In this document: positions 34,042 through 37,733 of the stretch, in pieces | How the letters are laid out: each line of letters begins with the position of its first letter | Position numbering within the stretch: the stretch's first letter is position 1 | Virus record (IMG/VR): IMGVR_UViG_3300010376_000080 | Coordinates: 1-37,733 of that record | Source: a virus | Lineage: Duplodnaviria > Caudoviricetes | Reading direction: 5' to 3' (one strand) | Length of the DNA stretch: 37,733 nt | Notes under the pieces: model-generated | The model's database searches: none | Told to the model about the DNA's origin: nothing | The model's input: only the letters and a program-made list of their open reading frames with translations | Program-made: the position numbers and the translations under genes

Positions 34042-34081
34042 AGGGGCAGCGGTGGGAAACCACCGCTGTCCTTTTTATTTT
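34042..34081 (+). terminator. Intrinsic terminator
   Basis: GGGCAGCGGTGG-GAAA-CCACCGCTGTCC followed by TTTTTATTTT. Confidence 0.9.
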
Positions 34082-34094
34082 GACATAATCATCA

Positions 34095-34123
34095 TTGTAA
34101 TCACAACCTCATTATATTACCCT
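34095..34123 (+). promoter_or_regulatory. Early-family promoter
   Basis: TTGTAA-N17-TACCCT. Confidence 0.55.
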
Positions 34124-34162
34124 ATGGGCATAACGCGGTAAACACGAACAGGAGGTTGTGTT

Positions 34163-34564
34163 ATGCGACTATATGACCATAGGCGGAACTGGTGGATTAA
34201 CGGCCAGTTCATTCGCGCCGATCTGCCCAAGGAGATCCCGGTGATCTTCGAACATCGGGTGGATTGGACCACTCGTACGTTTCACGAGCCGGGTGCCGCA
34301 CGCACGAAACAGGACCCACGCAGCATCAAACTCATTGCCTTTGCCAAGCAACACGGCATGATCGCCGTTCGCTTCGTCAAGGACAACCAAGTGGAGTTTG
34401 TGGGCATTTTCAAGCTGCTCGACTTTGCGCATGGCCCGCGGCGCGGTGGCTCAGGCGACGATTGGATTAGCGGCCGCCTCGGTGAGACGGTGTGGGCTGC
34501 CAAGACGCCCAAGTCCGACAATCACTTGAGCCGATACTACGGCGCAGTGTCGTTCACACTGTAA
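34163..34564 (+). CDS. Hypothetical protein, 133 aa
   Basis: AGGAGG RBS, own promoter, downstream hairpin at 34567-34595. Confidence 0.7.
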   Translation: MRLYDHRRNWWINGQFIRADLPKEIPVIFEHRVDWTTRTFHEPGAARTKQDPRSIKLIAFAKQHGMIAVRFVKDNQVEFVGIFKLLDFAHGPRRGGSGDDWISGRLGETVWAAKTPKSDNHLSRYYGAVSFTL

Positions 34565-34625
34565 TACGGGGACCCGGCAGTAGCCGGGTTCTCCGCTGGG
34601 GTGATTATTTCATAGCATTATGTGA

Positions 34626-34654
34626 TTGCATTGATAACCTCATCATAGTACACT
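34626..34654 (+). promoter_or_regulatory. Early-family promoter
   Basis: TTGCAT-N17-TACACT. Confidence 0.7.
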
Positions 34655-34685
34655 GTGGTTGTAACGCAAACACATGAGGTGTGCT

Positions 34686-35159
34686 ATGGAACGAACCCCC
34701 AAAATTCTCCTCGTGTGCGCCGCGACTGCCACGGGCGCATTAGGAATGGCATTAGGCTTTTCTCTGCCGATGCCAGCAAACGCAGGTGAACAAGATGCCA
34801 TGGTCGGCCAGACATTTGTGGTCACCGAGGACAAGTGGTCGTGTTCAACGTATGAGGAGCACAACAAGCTTTCTCATGCTGTCGAATATGGCACCTTGTT
34901 CGATGTGAGCCGGGCCGCGTCAGAAGCCAAGGAGTGCATGGTCTTGCACAAGGGCGACCAAGTTCGCGTAGTGTCCACCGAACCAATAGTCTACTTCAAG
35001 TCAGGCAAGCGCACGTGGTCGGCGGAAGTGCAGTTCGCTTCTTATCCGTACCATGTCAAAATTGATATTGAGTTCCTGGAAAAGCCGGGGACTCGGGCTA
35101 CCAGTGGGACCACCGAGGTTGCCAAAGGATGCCACACGCTCGACGGTGCTTCCTGCTAA
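34686..35159 (+). CDS. Secreted/periplasmic protein
   Basis: GAGGTG RBS before MERTPK, signal peptide ending ANA. Confidence 0.7.
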   Translation: MERTPKILLVCAATATGALGMALGFSLPMPANAGEQDAMVGQTFVVTEDKWSCSTYEEHNKLSHAVEYGTLFDVSRAASEAKECMVLHKGDQVRVVSTEPIVYFKSGKRTWSAEVQFASYPYHVKIDIEFLEKPGTRATSGTTEVAKGCHTLDGASC

Positions 35160-35190
35160 CGCAGGAAGTGCTTAGGTGATATTGTCATCC

Positions 35191-35219
35191 TTGCATTCCA
35201 TGCCTCATAGTAGTACCAT
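35191..35219 (+). promoter_or_regulatory. Early-family promoter
   Basis: cTTGCAT-N17-TACCAT. Confidence 0.7.
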
Positions 35220-35261
35220 AGGCTTGTGCAGCCATACATGAACATATAAAGGATAGATGTC

Positions 35262-35525
35262 ATGCTTAAGAACAAGTGGGGCCGATACATGCAACAGCAC
35301 GAACTGTATCCGTTGCTGGGCATCCCGGCTGGTGGACATTTGCCTGCCGATGGCTGGCTGTGTCGCGAGGTTACACACGAGGGTTACACGCGCAACTTCA
35401 AGTGCGCTCCGGCTACTACCGATGGCCGTCGTAGCAAGCATCGTGTTAAGTATCTCTGCACCTGCGGCGAGTGGATACCGTTTGGTCGAGCTGGCCAGCA
35501 CCTTAAAGCGAAGGGGCATGTGTGA
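35262..35525 (+). CDS. Small zinc-finger-like protein, 87 aa
   Basis: HRV...CTCG.WIPFGR..QH motif. Confidence 0.65.
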   Translation: MLKNKWGRYMQQHELYPLLGIPAGGHLPADGWLCREVTHEGYTRNFKCAPATTDGRRSKHRVKYLCTCGEWIPFGRAGQHLKAKGHV

Positions 35526-35926
35526 TGGATAGCCAAGACCTCGCATGGAGGCTTGCTAAGCGAGCCATCGAGAAATCCGACCAGCTTACCAAGGAAGAAT
35601 TGACTAATGTGTTGCGTCGGATCGAACTGAACCTGCGGCCAATAGGGAGATGTGTTATGATTGAACAAACTCACACGCTGTACGAGCTGGGTGCGGTTGA
35701 GTTTCCCATGCTCTGCGCCCTTCGCACACTAACCCTGAGCCTGAGCAACACAATGCAATCGGCTCCAGGCTGTACTTCACAGTTTACGGTGGAGAAGTGG
35801 CGTGAATATGAGGCCATTTGTGCCCGGATGCACGTCACCGACTTTGTGGACATTGCCACATGCACAGAGCGTGGCGATGCCATAATGGATGTTGAGTTCC
35901 CCGGCTGGTCCGATGATTGGGAGTAA
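35522..35926 (+). CDS. Hypothetical protein
   Basis: Coupled at both ends. An internal RBS and ATG near 35657 could give a second start. Confidence 0.55.
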   Translation: MMDSQDLAWRLAKRAIEKSDQLTKEELTNVLRRIELNLRPIGRCVMIEQTHTLYELGAVEFPMLCALRTLTLSLSNTMQSAPGCTSQFTVEKWREYEAICARMHVTDFVDIATCTERGDAIMDVEFPGWSDDWE

Positions 35927-36117
35927 TGGCCATGGCAAGGAAGTGGGAAGTGGTGATTACGAAGCCCATGCTTCAATCTAAAAACGATTACCCGCATAAC
36001 TTCTTTCCGCGCGGGTGTCACTACGTTAGGGATGCCAAAGATCTGGTGGAAGAAGTTCGCCGCAAGGGTGGCGATGCCGAGGTAAGGAGAGTGAGCAATG
36101 CGCAACGCACTCTGTAG
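35926..36117 (+). CDS. Hypothetical protein, ~63 aa
   Basis: TAATG coupling, GGGAG RBS. Confidence 0.6.
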   Translation: MAMARKWEVVITKPMLQSKNDYPHNFFPRGCHYVRDAKDLVEEVRRKGGDAEVRRVSNAQRTL

Positions 36118-36502
36118 TGGATTCAATATGCCTCCGGGCTGTTTCCCCAAAGATATACCCGGCTATTACGATCAGCCGTGCGATGTCTGTGGAAATATGC
36201 CAGACGATTGCATATGTCCCGAATGTCGTTGGGGCCATGGTCCCGGAGATCCACACTGCTACACCGATCGGTGTGGTATGGTGAAAAGCGCGAATCAATT
36301 GGCGACATATGCGAACAATGCCGCCAAATGGAAGGGCGACGTGGGTGGCCCTGAAGCAATGATGTTCCCAGATGACTATTACTGGAACCACATCTTTTGT
36401 TGCTGGATGCTGGAGCCCATGTGGATAGGGTGGGGCGAGCAGGCCGAGCCCACGGACAATGCCGACACGATGGAAACCTACGGAGAAATATCCGGTTATT
36501 AG
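36098..36502 (+). CDS. Cys-rich protein, 134 aa
   Basis: AAGGAG RBS, PPG....IPG..D.PCDVCG...DDCICPEC....GDP.CY pattern. Confidence 0.7.
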   Translation: MRNALCSGFNMPPGCFPKDIPGYYDQPCDVCGNMPDDCICPECRWGHGPGDPHCYTDRCGMVKSANQLATYANNAAKWKGDVGGPEAMMFPDDYYWNHIFCCWMLEPMWIGWGEQAEPTDNADTMETYGEISGY

Positions 36503-36517
36503 CCGGGTATTTCACGC

Positions 36518-36546
36518 TTGCGTTGAGTATTTCATCCTAGTATTAT
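36518..36546 (+). promoter_or_regulatory. Early-family promoter
   Basis: cTTGCGT-N17-TATTAT. Confidence 0.7.
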
Positions 36547-36576
36547 GGGGCACAACACAGGCTAAAGGAGGTTGTT

Positions 36577-37011
36577 ATGGACGTGTCAATCGCATTTCTC
36601 GCCGACTGTTTGGATGATGAGTATGCCAGGATAGACTTCCCTGGTAACGAGTCAGACTTTCCGCCCGATGGCTTGGGCGATAAGCATCTCACCGATATCG
36701 TAGATACCGAAGGGGTAATCAAAATTCAATTTGATTATCCCCTGCGGTCCCCCGTCATCTTCGACTTCCACCACGAGGGTGGGTTCACTCTCGACAACTT
36801 TCTGTACGCTGTCGGCAAAGGATACAAGCGCATATACGATGAGGAAGACCAGGGGCAGCGCGCACCGACATGTGCTGAACAGGGCGGGTTCTTGCTCAAC
36901 CGCGTGCAGACAGATGGCCCATATGGGATCTGGGGGCACGTCATTGAGGATCTGGTAATTGTGGGGATGGACAAGCGCGAAGGAGTGTGGCATCTGGACA
37001 TCTGCTCATGA
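36577..37011 (+). CDS. Acidic hypothetical protein, 144 aa
   Basis: AAGGAGG RBS. DYPL...GFT.......Y..IY.EE...NR..T.G.YGIWGH...DL motif. Confidence 0.75.
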   Translation: MDVSIAFLADCLDDEYARIDFPGNESDFPPDGLGDKHLTDIVDTEGVIKIQFDYPLRSPVIFDFHHEGGFTLDNFLYAVGKGYKRIYDEEDQGQRAPTCAEQGGFLLNRVQTDGPYGIWGHVIEDLVIVGMDKREGVWHLDICS

Positions 37012-37136
37012 GGCTATTTGCCTGGATGTGTAGGTGGATAGGGCACAACTGGCAGATGGAGTTCCACCCAGGCCACGGCCTTCGGTGGTTCTTCGTCTGC
37101 TCCAGGTGCGGAAAGAAGCAGGGCGATATGCCCTGA
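37008..37136 (+). CDS. Small zinc-finger protein, DUF1660-like, 42 aa (not in the ORF track)
   Basis: MRLFAWMCRWIGHNW...VCSRCGKK, ATGA coupling. Confidence 0.65.
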   Translation: MRLFAWMCRWIGHNWQMEFHPGHGLRWFFVCSRCGKKQGDMP

Positions 37137-37148
37137 GCCAATTCATGC

Positions 37149-37177
37149 TTGCGTTGAAATATTCCATGTATTACGCT
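37149..37177 (+). promoter_or_regulatory. Early-family promoter
   Basis: cTTGCGT-N17-TACGCT. Shares TTCAyGCTTGCGTTGA with the 36518 promoter. Confidence 0.65.
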
Positions 37178-37207
37178 AGGGGGTAGCAGGCAATAGGGGA
37201 ACACCAA

Positions 37208-37513
37208 ATGAATGTAGTATCACACACCGACCCACCATGCTGTGATGGGCTTCGCCAATACCCACATCTGTACCACCTCGCCCGGCTCATATGGATGGAC
37301 CAGAGATACAATGAGCCATATCTGGGCAATACACTACCGGAAGAATTGGCAGAGGCAGAACTTTCTCTTGCCGAGATACCATATAGTGTCGTGCTCGCAT
37401 ACGTGACACTCGATACTATAGATGTGCCAAGTCGCTTAGATAGGACTGTGCCAGATGTTATGACCAAGGTCCACAACCTCTTCTGCGAGCTTGGCATCGT
37501 CGAAAACACATGA
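37208..37513 (+). CDS. Hypothetical protein, 101 aa
   Basis: AGGGGA RBS, own promoter. Confidence 0.7.
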   Translation: MNVVSHTDPPCCDGLRQYPHLYHLARLIWMDQRYNEPYLGNTLPEELAEAELSLAEIPYSVVLAYVTLDTIDVPSRLDRTVPDVMTKVHNLFCELGIVENT

Positions 37514-37590
37514 GGTACAATAGCGGGGCTTGCGCTCCGGGCCGGGTGGGGCGTAGGCTGTTACACTTTTGTAATCGTTACAAAATCAGT

Positions 37591-37618
37591 CCGGGCTCCT
37601 GTCCCCACAGGAGCCCGG
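37591..37618. other. Perfect 12-bp hairpin
   Basis: CCGGGCTCCTGT-cccc-ACAGGAGCCCGG. Confidence 0.8.
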
Positions 37619-37626
37619 TATTGCGA

Positions 37627-37659
37627 TTCAACCGAGGTTCAACCGAGGTTCAACGGAGA
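37627..37659. repeat. 11-bp tandem repeat, three copies
   Basis: TTCAACCGAGG TTCAACCGAGG TTCAACGGAGA. Confidence 0.85.
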
Positions 37660-37682
37660 CTATCTCGTGACTACCAGCACCA

Positions 37683-37711
37683 TATATAGCACCTCTGCGG
37701 TTGGATTGCAA
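37683..37711 (-). promoter_or_regulatory. Leftward sigma70-like promoter
   Basis: Minus strand cTTGCAA-N17-TATATA with gtgcTATATA, matching the 9781 promoter. Confidence 0.55.
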
Positions 37712-37733
37712 GTAGTAATTTCGGGGGAACACG

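Noticed and set aside
37627-37659. Possible CRISPR mini-array
   Set aside because: The 11-bp units are directly adjacent with no spacers, and no cas genes are present.

Overview
This window is a ~37.7 kb piece of a tailed dsDNA phage genome. An alphaproteobacterial (Rhizobiales-like) host is suggested by an SH3b secreted protein and cTTGC-type -35 boxes, but this is inference only. Layout from left to right: (1) 1-5133 (+), end of the late operon with tail-fibre proteins, a two-domain endolysin and a holin-like protein. (2) 5241-22065 (-), replication and DNA-metabolism arm: SNF2 helicase, PD-(D/E)XK nuclease, DEDDh exonuclease, family A polymerase, UvrD-like helicase and SSB. It contains a thymidine hypermodification cluster at 12377-18897: DUF3310, HD hydrolase, dUMP hydroxymethylase-like synthase, NTP transferase, APH-fold kinase, two TAGT/JGT-like glycosyltransferases, a 5-hmdU DNA kinase helical-domain protein and a HAD phosphatase. 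(3) 22150-23954 (+), a small island with inverted iteron-like repeats and a DUF3631-like ATPase. (4) 23985-25743 (-), small genes separated by strong hairpins. (5) 25992-37513 (+), an early/accessory region of many small genes with a family of similar sigma70-like promoters. The strongest leads are the sugar-based hmU hypermodification pathway that lacks the usual amino-acid:DNA transferase, an HDV-like ribozyme fold in the UvrD leader, the putative origin, a cloverleaf-like RNA, and a secreted amyloid-like two-gene unit. All family assignments come from motifs recognised by eye; no database searches were run.
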